A stretch of DNA of 62,839 bases, the filler included, from Rhabdomonas costata (lineage: Eukaryota), in the NCBI GenBank assembly GCA_019059605.1. It is 47 parts of 47 records of this genome, joined end to end, with 100 filler letters (N's around TTAATTAATTAA, not from the genome) between each part and the next. Parts side by side here need not be neighbours in the genome. Positions count along the whole stretch, not along the records: positions 37,498 to 38,736 come from JAHMHO010022344.1; positions 38,837 to 40,074 come from JAHMHO010022345.1; positions 40,175 to 41,413 come from JAHMHO010022346.1; positions 41,514 to 42,753 come from JAHMHO010022347.1; positions 42,854 to 44,092 come from JAHMHO010022348.1; positions 44,193 to 45,431 come from JAHMHO010022349.1; positions 45,532 to 46,771 come from JAHMHO010022350.1; positions 46,872 to 48,110 come from JAHMHO010022351.1; 39 more parts are not named here. One strand, 5' to 3'. The notes below the pieces were generated by a model. It saw only the letters and a program-made list of their open reading frames with translations, ran no database searches and was not told where the DNA came from. Positions 37,715 to 49,449 of this stretch are shown here, in pieces (the stretch's first letter is position 1; each line of letters begins with the position of its first letter). Both the position numbers and the translations under genes were made by a program.

Positions 37715-37897
37715 ATGGCGGCGCTGGAAGTGGTCATAATTCCTGTCGAAGACAGCCTGGCGGATGCCTACGCCCGCTCGTTGGAGTACTTTCTGGCCCA
37801 CCCTCCGCCAGTGGCCGGGGTGGTGCTGGGGCACCACGACGTCGAGAACGACGCCCGCCGCGCGGACTGCCATTTGTTGCTGTCCAAGGAGGAGACG
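37715..37897 (+). CDS. Probable first exon of an unknown protein
   Basis: GC-rich MAALEVVIIPVEDSLADAYARSLEYFLAHPPPVAGVVLGHHDVENDARRADCHLLLSKEET followed by gtgcgg. Confidence 0.5.
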
Positions 37898-38846
37898 GTG
37901 CGGCATACGGCAGCAACCCCCTCTCCTCCAAAAAAAACCCACGGTGGGGGGGGGGGTTGCCATTCCATAACTAATTTGATTTGATTTCGATTTAAGAGAT
38001 GGCAAAGGAGGAGGTTCCTGCAGGGGGTTAAGTGGCGATTGTCAGTGGGAGTTCTCCTCTTGCTGGCGTGACGATGCAGGTTAAAAGTATGTTAACATAT
38101 GTCTGGAGACGTTTAGTATCGCCTTGCAGCATATCACGCCGCTTACGGCTAAGCCGTCCCCCCGTACTGTGTCGACCTGGAATGAATCCTGTCCTTTCGT
38201 CTCTCGTCTCTCGTCCGAAGTTGACATAAACTTTTTTCTGACTAGGGCTTCTTGTTTGCGTTGCGGTTTCGGTCTGGAAGCCGTACCATGGGGACTCTTG
38301 TTTTGTTTGGGGGATATGGAGGGGGGAGATCTCCTTGTGAGCGCGTAATGGGCAGCGCTTCTTCCCAAGCAAACCTGGTATCACTTTGAAAAGCGGAGAC
38401 TTTTACGGAGGCTGTCATGCGGTCAGTGAAGTGAAAGATTTGCAATCTTGATCTTTTTAACGCATATTTTCGGCTTTCTGGATACAGAGCAAATTGTCGC
38501 CATTAAACAGGGGGCCGCAGAAAGACACCCTTTGCGGGGGTGGGAAGATTGGGCAATGGCGAAGAAGGGACAGGATGACTCGGCTGGCAGCCACCATCGA
38601 CCCCGTCTACCTCGGTTTTCTTTTTTTTTTTTTCATTTTCTTGTGCTTCTTTTGTTTTTTCCCTGAAATTCCAAAGCACCTTACCATGCACGCAGCTGCC
38701 ATCCACGCGACTGGCACGATCGACGTACCCACAACCNNNNNNNNNNNNNNNNNNNNNNNNNNNNNNNNNNNNNNNNNNNNTTAATTAATTAANNNNNNNN
38801 NNNNNNNNNNNNNNNNNNNNNNNNNNNNNNNNNNNNTGTTGTTGGG

Positions 38847-39887
38847 GTGGGAGCGGTGCCGTTCCGGCTGGTCCTGCAGGCCTTCACCAGCAGCGGGCTG
38901 GAGTCCACCGAGGGCGACGACTGGAACGTGCTGTGGGCCAAGCGGGTCTCCGAGGAGACCTTTCAGTCAATGAACCCCTTCCAGAAGGTTGGTCGGGTGA
39001 TGGTCTTGATGCGCAGTGCGGTGACATCTTTGAATGGTATCCCTGTGTGGTGTATCCCCGCGAAGTTGGAGCGGGGATTAAGTTGTATATCTCATAATGA
39101 AATGCAGAGCTGTGGCAGTTCCAACGTTTCCACTTATTATCCACTTCAGGTCAATCATTTTCCTGGAACGTGGGGCATCGGCCGCAAGGACAATCTTTGG
39201 CGGAACCTCAGCAAGATGCAGAGGCTGCACGGCAAGCAGGCTTACGGGTTCTTCCCAACGACCTACATCATGCCTGGGGACTACGGCGCCCTAGCTCAGG
39301 TTCTGCAGGACAGGATCACTTGGGGAGCCAGTGGGAGGGAGATGCTTCACTACACGACCGTGCCTTTGGGTATTGAAGTGCATATGTCTTTCCTTTTGGA
39401 ACTATTTGCATGATGTTGTGCTGGTGCCGCCATCCCCTGATAAACTCTCAATTGCCTTGTTTCTGATGGTTTGTTAATGCACTCTGCTGCTAATCAGAAT
39501 GCCACAACAAAACTCTCAATATTCGCAGGGTCCTTTTGGGCCCTTGAAAAAAGGCCCCAAAAGTCTTACAGCTGTCTCCTTTTTAATCACCGTTTCTGTC
39601 TTGCTTATCTGCAATATGCAGGAGTTTTTGTGGTATACGGATACCTTTTGCTGTTATGATTGCACCGCAGTATTTGAGGACAGTTCGAGATAACACCTCG
39701 CGACGATGCGGGATGAGGGATCCATCGACTTTGGCGTCTTTACTTCGCTCCATTTACAAAGGAGTTCCGAAGGAAGCCTAATCAGGTGATGATTGTAAAG
39801 CCACTGGCCAGCGCCTGTGGTCGCGGCATTCGGCTGACACGGAGGCTGCCGAAGGCCAACCGCTACAAGCACTCTTTGCTGCAGAAG
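38847..39887 (+). CDS. Tubulin-tyrosine-ligase-like (TTLL4/5-type polyglutamylase), exons to 38987, 39150-39299, 39762-39887
   Basis: DWNVLW...MNPFQK|VNHFPGTWGIGRKDNLWRNLSKMQ..YGFFPTTYIMP..|EFRRKPNQVMIVKPLASACGRGIRL. Confidence 0.95.
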
Positions 39888-40174
39888 GTCTGTGGATGTG
39901 ATAAGCCTATCCATTTTATACTGTTGCTGCAATGGAGGGCGGATCGGATTTGCCTGTTCTGTGTAATGTTAAAAACTATTTCCGATGAGGAATGCTTTTT
40001 TATGTTTGGACTTTCACTTCGGCGCAGGCGCAGGAGTTTTGCAACAGTTGGGGTTCGGTAGAAAGCAAATAATTNNNNNNNNNNNNNNNNNNNNNNNNNN
40101 NNNNNNNNNNNNNNNNNNTTAATTAATTAANNNNNNNNNNNNNNNNNNNNNNNNNNNNNNNNNNNNNNNNNNNN

Positions 40175-40313
40175 TTTTGGTGGTCTGCCACATCTGGGCT
40201 TGAATCTGACCTGTCAGAGCTAAATCAACGGTCTGGTCGACTCCTCGTTCCCGAACACTGTCGGCGATGACGTTGCCCGGAATATTGTTGAAGGCCGCCT
40301 TGACCGCCTCGAT
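40175..40313 (-). CDS. CUE-like ubiquitin-binding domain exon
   Basis: IEAVKAAFNNIPGNVIADSVRERGVDQTVDLALTG after a tgtgcag acceptor resembles the CUE three-helix pattern, although the MFP proline is missing. Confidence 0.5.
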
Positions 40314-42853
40314 CTGCACAAATGTACAAATAACGTAACACATTGCGAGAAAGTCCAGCCTCCCTGAAAGTTGAACACCCCACCCCCTGCCTCAAACAAA
40401 CACACAAATGAAGCCTGGGACAGGTGGGGCAGGCGGAGGGTCTTGGCCTGTTGTCTGGTGAGCCGGCACCCCACGTCTGACAACACAGCTATAGGACGGG
40501 GCGGCTATTCTTTCCTTTCCTTTCCAACATCACTCTCCTTCACGTGTGTGTATGCGAGTTTCTTTTTTGTCCCACATACATATACAAACATATACAAAGC
40601 AATGTACAGCGGAAGCGTGATTTACATTTCCAAGCAAAGCCCAATGACAAAAAAAAGAAAAACATGAAAAACATGCAAACAAACCGACACAATGTCCCCA
40701 TGTCAAAGAAGAAAAACTTGCACCTTTCCTTTCGCTTTCGGAGCAGGCTGTGGAAGGTTGTTGTTGTCAGCTGGCTTGTGGGGTTCTTTGTAGCCTTTGG
40801 ACTTTGAACTCATTCTGAAATGAAAATAGAAAGACAAGGTGGCAAATGCCCTCGAAACAGCCGCCTCTCCAGCACCTCACACTGGAGCCGAAGTCAGAAC
40901 CCCGATCCAGAAGACTCGGGAAACCGGAGAAGCAAAGCTGTCCCAAAATTGGCCCTGCACCCTCTCCACCAGTGAAGCACATGGCGTGAGAGTTGCACCG
41001 CCCTCCTTCGCTTTTTCCGCCGCACTGCTGCTCTCCACCGCGCTTCGAGAAATCTCCTCCATCGCGTTCACGGGGTGCCTTGAGGCCTCTGAGTTTTGCT
41101 CAGCTGGTAACGGGTGCCTTCCCGTTAGGCAAAGAATAAAACCTGCTTTTGCCATCCATTTGTGGATGGTGCCCGTTGGGGCATCTCCTTTCTCCTCACC
41201 TTGTGCGTCTTGTGCGCAACTCCTGTCGCGTCGCCGTCTCTTTCGCCGTTGGGGTGCTGGCTCTGTGTTCTCCGGGTTCGTGTGTTCGGCCCCTGTTTGG
41301 GAGAGAGCGGTGCCGGGTGGAAAGTTTGGGCGTGCTGTCGTTGCCGGAGCGTATGCAGTGCTCGGAGTGTGCCCGCCCCCTCCCTTCCTGAGTGCCTGGG
41401 TGATGTACGTGTGNNNNNNNNNNNNNNNNNNNNNNNNNNNNNNNNNNNNNNNNNNNNTTAATTAATTAANNNNNNNNNNNNNNNNNNNNNNNNNNNNNNN
41501 NNNNNNNNNNNNNAAGGAGAAGGCGCAGGAGGACGGTGCTGAGGAGAGCCGTTCCGGAGGACGACGTTGAGGAGGACAAGGCCGCAGAGCTGAGCACACG
41601 ACGAGTTGGCCGCGCAGGTTTGGAGAAGTTGAGCGAGAAGACCGTGGAAAGCAGCCCCGGGAGGACAGGAAGGGGGCGGAAAAGTGCAGCAGGCAGCGGG
41701 TTGAGGCAGCAAGGCCCCGGCCAGCAGCGCCAGTTGAAGAGAAGGCCTTGGAAAAGCGCAGCGGGAGGGCAAGCCAACAAAAAGAAGCAGAGCGGGACGA
41801 GAAGCTGAAGAAGAACAACCCCGCGAGAGCCAGAAGGCAAAGGGAATGACAGCCAAAAGGAGGAAGCGGCGTTTTCAGAATATTGTAGGTTCGTAAGATG
41901 AAGGAAGGCAAGGAGAAGAGAAGTAGCCTAGAAATTGAGTTGAGAGGCGGTTTTCGTAGAGTTGGAGCGCCGGAGGCTGAGTAGGAGACCGGGCGCGGCG
42001 AGAGAAAGTTTCGAAACGCAAGCAGAAAGTTGAAAGCAGAAGAGTTTGCATTCGTACAAGAACTATCTTGAAAGAGTTCGACGAGGAGAACGCGGTGGAG
42101 CAAAGAAATTCGCGGGATTCCAAGGACGATGTTGTGATGGTCGAGAATGCCGCGGATTTTGAAGAAGATTACGTTGAGTGGAATCTTCAAGACTTTCTAC
42201 ACCGAGTTGAAGAATCAAAAGGGGCTTTGGATGTGTTTTGTGGCTTTTTGACCTGACGTGTTGGAGTAAGAGTTTGATGTTGACGTAAAGCAATGGGTTG
42301 AAGGGTGGTGTGTTTAATTTCCTTTTTTTTGCATTTGTTTGTGGTTCTGGTTGTAGGGGTTGAGTTCATAGGGTGCCGCGCAAGAGGTTCTGTGAAGGTT
42401 TGGGCGGTGGAGCTGTGTATCGTAAGTCGTGCGGTGTTTGGCTAGACTTGCCTTGTTCGTACTGTTTGGCTGTTGGTGTGCTCACCTTACTTCTACGCAC
42501 AAGCCGGGAATAGTGGAAGGCTGTGAAAGGCCAAAATGGCACACTCACACCCCCTGAAGTGCGTGTTTGTTAGAAGGGGCGAAGCCGAAGCACATCACAG
42601 GCATCAGGCAGTCGAAAGCACACCATCCACGCGGAAGGGCAGCCCACACGCAGGCAGTTTGCCAAGAGGGTTGGGTTTTGGAGTCAAAGCTTGCGCGCCA
42701 TCGCACCCTCGTAGCCCCGCCATCCCAGCAGGAAGAGAAAGCACAACAACCCCNNNNNNNNNNNNNNNNNNNNNNNNNNNNNNNNNNNNNNNNNNNNTTA
42801 ATTAATTAANNNNNNNNNNNNNNNNNNNNNNNNNNNNNNNNNNNNNNNNNNNN

Positions 42854-44092
42854 CGGCTGGAGCCTGGTCCACTTTCTTTCCACAATAAATCCACAATAAT
42901 CCACCTCTGTTTGGGCGAACATGAACTTCTATGGATTAGCATACAGCTTCTCTACGTCTAATCTCTGGTACAACACCATCAATGCCTCCACAGGTGATTC
43001 AAACGTATCTGCGTGGACCAAAATGTCATACACATACGCCCCTGTAGTCTCTCTCAAGTCGTCTAAAATGAAGTCAATTGTTCTCTGGAACGTAGTTTGT
43101 GAAATTTTCAAACCAAACGGCATGACTTTGAACCAAAATCACACATAATTGGTCGTGAATGCCGTTCTATCTACACGCTACAGAAAACTTCTAACTTGAT
43201 AAAATCACGCATTCAAGTTCAGCTTCTAACCACTTCGCCTTCCACGCTTGTTCACTCATCTAGTCGATTTGGTTTAAAGAGTAAGTATCTGTAACCGTAA
43301 TTGCATTAAGCGGTCTTTATTCAACACACAGCTGAAACTAACCGTTGATCTTTAGAACGAACAGCACTCCTGCACCATAAGGCGAGATTCTAACCGGACA
43401 TTCGGTACAGCCTCTGATCTGATACCTACTTACTTTCCAGCTTCAAATCAAAATCAAAATCAATCCAGTGATCACTCATCATCGAATGTGGTAACAATCC
43501 TGAAACTGACACTGGAAATATATGCTCAAATTCTTGGTTTAACTTAACGATCTCTGGTTGTGTTGGTAACACCGCACAATTGTTGACACAAATGCTCTGG
43601 TGCAGCTCTTTGATCAACTTCTCTACATACTTTAGAGGCGAATATTGCACCTTTCTTTTGACCTTCCACTGAGTATCCTGAGCCATAGCTATGGCTCGCT
43701 GGTATTGCTTGGTTGGAACAACATCTTCCACCTCCAGTGCAGAAACCACGACCTGACTATGGGACTATGGAACTGTTTTCGCACAGCGCGTAATGGTCAA
43801 CAACAACACTTCAACACTGTGGGACTCGGGAATGCTCAGTACTTCACCTCCATCCTCACCGGCTATTGTGGGCTCGTGGTGGACCGACCTCTGAACTTCC
43901 TGAGGTGGAGCAATCAACTGGTTTACATGGTAACTTCCACTTGCTATGCATCCAACATGGCATGTGATTCGAAATAAATTCTCCCTGATCTCCACACCTT
44001 GATATTTCCGCGCTTTCAATCAATCTGCGGTTGCAGATTCGTTAAAAAGGTATAGACCAGCACTACTGGGATTTCCGTCTTAACCACACACC
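42854..44092 (-). pseudogene. Decayed Ty3/gypsy pol (reverse transcriptase and upstream region)
   Basis: DRTAFTT..., VMPFGLK..TTFQR, AYVYDILVH (YxDD changed to YVYD), EVDYCGFIV and upstream SPYGAGVLFV, with many stops and frameshifts. Confidence 0.88.
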
Positions 44093-46475
44093 NNNNNNNN
44101 NNNNNNNNNNNNNNNNNNNNNNNNNNNNNNNNNNNNTTAATTAATTAANNNNNNNNNNNNNNNNNNNNNNNNNNNNNNNNNNNNNNNNNNNNGTTGTTGG
44201 GGCAAGAACAAGAGCATTTGAACCAATATGGCCATGTGTGCAATGTGTCCAAACACATTTTGCAGTGCCTTACCTCTGAACTAGGTTCCTGAGGTAAGGC
44301 ACTGCAAAATGTGTTTGGACACATTGCACACATGGCCATATTGGTTCAAATGCTCTTGTTCTTGCCTCAACAGAGCCGAGTGGTACGCGCAATCCTCATC
44401 CTCCAGTGTGTCATGTGGTGCGTCGTCCACTTTCAGTTCTTGAGCCGCCTTTGCATACTTACAAAGCAGCGCCTGAATCTGAGGCTGAAACTTGTTCACC
44501 ACCATAATTGCTGCTGCGGCGCCAGTGGGCATGCCGTACCCGTGCCCGTGAGGGATCGACGGGTGAACGGATTGGTTTGTTCAGGAAGGTCACCTTCGGG
44601 ACCGCCGTTTTACTCGGAAGGCGCACTTCTCACGCTGGGTCGCCGCTAGGACATTCCCATCCTTTTTTCCCAATTTTCCTTGAGATTTGTCCCATCTATT
44701 CCAAGGCGGCGCCCCCGTCATGATGAAGACAGTTGCGCCAACGCGACACCAGGCGGGCCACGGCATATTGAGCTGCGGGTGTCTGCGACATGCGGTGCGG
44801 CTCTGAAAGCTGCCATTTCCAGGCGGATACGGGCTTCCCCGGGTTGGCAAAGTTAAATCCCGGGGGCCACATGCCTGTTCAGCCGACCCACCAAGTAGCG
44901 CACCCGTGGGGTGGCGACCAGCCGAAATCCTCCTTGGCGGTTCACCCGTTGTCGTCATTGAAGGGCCACAATATGCTAAAGTGGGCAAAACGCTTCGGAG
45001 AATTGCGCGGGCTCGTTGGCGTTGAGGATCTTGCGCCGATGTCCCTTTCCTGGGCCCATTCGTCAAACGGGGTTCCCGAAGCGTCAAAGGCCGTAAATCA
45101 GGTCTGGCCTGTTCCATGTTGCCGGGGTCCTAAAACTTCGTGCCTTGTTGATTTCATCCATTCCCGCGAAAACCCCGGTCCAGGGATTTGATAGATTTGC
45201 GCCTTTTGCTTAACGTATGGCCCCCGAAAGCGGTCGCTCGCAGATGCAGCGGGGTTGAATGGGGGCGCACGCACCCACACGCAAACGGCCGCACAAACAG
45301 TCAAAGCGATACTTTATCAAGATCTTTAATCCCAGCGCGTAATATTAACGGACAGGATAAAATAACGACAGCGCTCGGGGCCTGTTCGACGCACAAAGGT
45401 ATGATAAAGGAGGTCCGCCTGGCCAACAACCNNNNNNNNNNNNNNNNNNNNNNNNNNNNNNNNNNNNNNNNNNNNTTAATTAATTAANNNNNNNNNNNNN
45501 NNNNNNNNNNNNNNNNNNNNNNNNNNNNNNNCTTCCGCGGCGCAACCGCCTGCCCCCTCGCCGGGCTCCTGGCTGCTGTCATGGATCCCTGGCTGGGGGC
45601 GCCAGACTGGTATGCAGGAGGTGACGCATCTCTCGCTTGGATTCCAATTCTGTCGCTAGTTGGCACGCTTCTTTGCACGCCCAGCATGGGAGTTATTTTG
45701 GACGTTTACGGGCATTGCACCACACCTCTCACCCTTCCTGTTCTCCTGCTGTGGTGCTGAACACTGGTCACCTCTCAGCTGAATAATGCTACTGAATGGT
45801 GTGTGTGGGGAGCGCCTTCTGCATATAAGCCCAAAGCTCCTGCCTCGCTTTTTCCTTCGCATTCTCCATGCGCTGGTTGCGCTCCCCTTCTCAGCTCCGC
45901 CTCCACCTGCGGAGGCAGCGCTGGAGCAGCAGCGCGGGAACTCCTCCTTCCTCACGGCGGTGGGGCCCTCGTCCTCGCAGACCGCAGTCTCGGGGGCTTC
46001 CTTCGACCACGGGGAGAAACCCAGCACGGAAGGACACTCCCCTGTCCCTGCCTCTGAGGCTGCTGCTGAGGCTGCCCCTCCAGTGGTCTCTACTTGCAAA
46101 CCCCCGCCGCCCTCTGCCAATTGGAACGCTTCGCCGCTTGCAAGACCGATAATGTGGTCCGAACAACCTTAAAAAGAGGGGCGCGAAGGTGAGTAACTTC
46201 AGCATGAAGTAGTCAATGAGTATTGGTGGTCAACGGAACCTTCCAAGGGGTTTTTGAAGCGGTGCCACCTCGGCCTGGCAGGGTACCTGGATTGGGGGGT
46301 TGTGGATTTGGAAAGGGCACATGCCCTCCACTGTGGCCGGCCTACGCAGCGTTTTGGGAGGCCCAGTGTACATACAAAAGACCCCGGGCCTGTTTCGGCT
46401 TCGCCCTCTTAGTATGACGTTCCCGCTGTTTCAAAAAAAAAGGCTGGAATGAAACTTCGTTGTTCCACGAAGGAA

Positions 46476-46771
46476 GTGTGTGTGTGTGTGTGAGTGTGTG
46501 TGTATGTGGATGGGCACGGTGCACTCTCTCACCCCAATGCCCGTCGTGTCGTCCAGCACAAACAGCAGCACCGTGAACGCGCCAAAAAACCAACAGGTGT
46601 GCAGAACAAGCAGCACAAGGACAAGCCACAGCACACCGCGCCAAGGCGCCATGTGTGTGTGCGTGTGTGTGTGGATGGGCACGGCGCACACCCTCCCCCC
46701 AATGCCCGTCGTGTCGTCCAGCACGAACAGCAGCATCGTGAACGCGTCAAAAAACCAACAGGTGTGCAGAA
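46476..46771. repeat. Tandem repeat, unit of about 165 bp containing a (GT)n tract, about 1.7 copies to the contig end
   Basis: GTGGATGGGCACGG...CCCAATGCCCGTCGTGTCGTCCAGCAC...AAAAAACCAACAGGTGTGCAGAA begins at 46506 and again at 46671. Confidence 0.92.
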
Positions 46772-48354
46772 NNNNNNNNNNNNNNNNNNNNNNNNNNNNN
46801 NNNNNNNNNNNNNNNTTAATTAATTAANNNNNNNNNNNNNNNNNNNNNNNNNNNNNNNNNNNNNNNNNNNNGTGTTTTTAACCTCTGGTCACCTCATGAC
46901 GCCTGATTGAATCTGGGGTCCGTCTGGGGGTTATTTGGGCGTTGTCTCTTGCGCAGCGACGGCTCCCACGGCAAGCTGTAAGCCCACGTCACGAGAGAGA
47001 GAGAGAGAGAGAGTCACCGTTTCCTTTCCCTCCTTCCCTCCTCAATGGTGGGGTGATCGAGTGATGGAGGGGACGGGGGTCACTCATTGGCGTTTTGGTT
47101 GGGGTGATGGAATCGCTATATGTGCCCCATGCTTATGTGCCCTGTGGCTTGGAGGGGGCCATTCCGCCCCTCCCTCCCACTGCTCTCTCCTTCGGGTCTG
47201 GGGGCTCAAGGTCTCTCTTTGGTGTGGCCATGCTCCCCCCAGGCGTGACGTGGGCGAGAGAGGTGAGAGTTCAGGGAGCTATCACTGGGTTGCGTTTCTT
47301 TCAAGGTTGCGTATTGATTGGTAGAAGGCGGTGGGTGGAAGCCTCTTTTACTGATCAACGGCGCGGGGACGGTTGAGAAAGGCAGGGAGAGTTGAGGAGA
47401 AGTGAGTTGGTCCTTCCTCTTTGGACACTCCGACTCTCATGACGCTTTCGCGGGTGTTGGTGGTGGGTGATGGCATCACCTTGTAAGATTGGACATGGAG
47501 GTGGTTTGCTCATAGCCCAAACCCGAATTAAAATCATAACCAAAACTCGAATTAGAATCTGGTTCTCGAAGACATCCCCAAACGCGCCATGTGAGACGAA
47601 GCCATACCCAAATGTTTCAAATGGTTTCGTTTGGTCAAGGTTTTTGAGCGAAAATGATGGGGCAGGTTAAAAAAAAACAAGGTTAAGTAAGAGCTGCCAA
47701 CGAGATCCGGTCTTTTCCGCCGAGCGGGGGACTAGAAGAACGTACCGCCAACGGTGCTTTGGAGGTTGGAAAAAGGCGGTGTATGGCGGCACACTCGGAA
47801 CTCATACACGTGATGCATGTTTGCGACGAAGCGCATGGCAGCTTAGGGCTGGGTCCGTTTTTAGGGTGCCAGCCAAAGGCAGGCGTGTTGTTGGTTAGGT
47901 TCTTTCCCATATCATTCGGTGTAGTTTGTGGTCGAAAAGAAATGGAATTCTCTAACGAAGGTTTGCTGCGAGCTTCACAAAGAAGCTGCCAAATGAGACC
48001 CAGTGACCTGTGCCCCAGCTGAGCGGGAAGAACTTGCCATCACCAGTGTTTTGCGGTCGGCAAGCTCGTTGTTTGGCCGTGCAGGTGAGAACAGGTTCCC
48101 ATGCCACACANNNNNNNNNNNNNNNNNNNNNNNNNNNNNNNNNNNNNNNNNNNNTTAATTAATTAANNNNNNNNNNNNNNNNNNNNNNNNNNNNNNNNNN
48201 NNNNNNNNNNGTTGTTTCTTACTCTTAGTCTGAGTCTGAGTCTGCGTCTGAGTTTCACCTGTTCTTCGCAGCGCTAGTCTTCCTGTTCTCGTATCGTCTG
48301 TAAATCCCAACGCCTCTGAAAGTGGTTCTCTAAAACAGTTGGCGTGGTTGTGGG

Positions 48355-48561
48355 ATGCCTTCCATGTCAGTCGTGGCCGCCACCGCCCTTCAGCTGGCAC
48401 TCGCAGAGGTTCACCGCAAAGACCCCGACATTGGCTCCGCAGAGGCCGCCCGAAGAGTGGGTTGCAACCAACCCTACGCGTGGAGAGTTCTGCAACGCCT
48501 TCGGAATGGGCTCCCTCTGAGCACCAGAACTCGCCCCAAGGTGCGTGCTTCGAGCGATTGA
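48355..48561 (+). mobile_element. Helix-turn-helix resembling a Tc1/IS630-type transposase N-terminus (truncated)
   Basis: SAEAARRVGCNQPYAWRVLQRLRNG...RTRPK fits an HTH plus an AT-hook-like RPK. No DDE domain is visible. Confidence 0.45.
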
Positions 48562-48939
48562 ATTAGGGTAGGCAACCTTAAAAGTTACCCCCAGTAACCG
48601 GTACGGGCCTAAAAACGATCCTACTTGTGCCCCCTAAAGTTCTAATTGCGACGTTCTAATGCATGAATTAATTGCGGATGGGGCTGAAGCTGTTAACGGT
48701 TCTCCATTGGCATCCATCGTGGCACTGCGATTACCCAAACTCGGTACAACTCGGTGCGTTGACGTTCCTCAGCAACGGATCTTTCTACGCCGTCCAAGGG
48801 TCACGCTCCATGTAAAGTGTCTTGACATGACATGTTCTCGTAAAAAATCGATCGAATTCCGCTGCTAAGGATAAAAATGCGAACAACTCGACAGGATACG
48901 AAGCATTCTATTTCACGCTCCCCTTCTCCCCTTTAGGTG

Positions 48940-49449
48940 ATGACCGCACAGGCATCTTCGAAGGCACAGAAGGTCCGGCCTGCCCCTGTGCCCCCTGTAC
49001 GGCGCAGCGGAGCAGCGACGGCTACAAAGAAAGGAGGGCCACCCTCGAGCACAAGCAGTGGGGTTGGCTCCATCGCTGCATTCAGGACGCCTGGGATTAA
49101 TACAGGGGGGTCGCCATCCAAAGATACGGTCGATGCGGCCTCGGAGTTCAGCATGTCACTGAGGAGTCGAGCTCTACCCAGGACGGAATCGCCATTGAAC
49201 AGTTTGCCCGCTTCTTCCCCAGGATTCGGTGTGTCCTTGAAGCGTCGTGGTTCAGCACGGATGGAATCGCCATCCAGTAGTGCGAATGACTCTACCCCAA
49301 AGTTTAGCATGTCTTTGAGGATGAGACGTCCCGGTACTTTGCAAGCCCCGGCTCCCGCAGCGGAGCCTCCCAAGCCAGGGGCTACCGAGCGGTCTATGGA
49401 ATCTAATACCGTCACTTCGCAAGCAGGGAGCTCCTCCACCACCCCCACC
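48940..49449 (+). CDS. Ser/Pro-rich disordered protein with three SP-x8-9-F(S/G)(M/V)SL(R/K)xR repeats
   Basis: Open frame after a pyrimidine tract and tag acceptor, containing EFSMSLRSR, GFGVSLKRR and KFSMSLRMR. Confidence 0.7.

Noticed and set aside
41514-42256. Long overlapping ORFs in a purine-skewed region
   Set aside because: Low complexity, several frame breaks and no recognisable domain. It may be an element remnant, but that cannot be supported.
44201-44366. Perfect 76-bp-arm hairpin as a pre-miRNA, hairpin telomere or foldback element
   Set aside because: It starts right after the primer-like contig end, the arms are identical, and the loop holds a GAAC-TAG-GTTC micro-hairpin able to self-prime. 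This is typical of an amplification fold-back.
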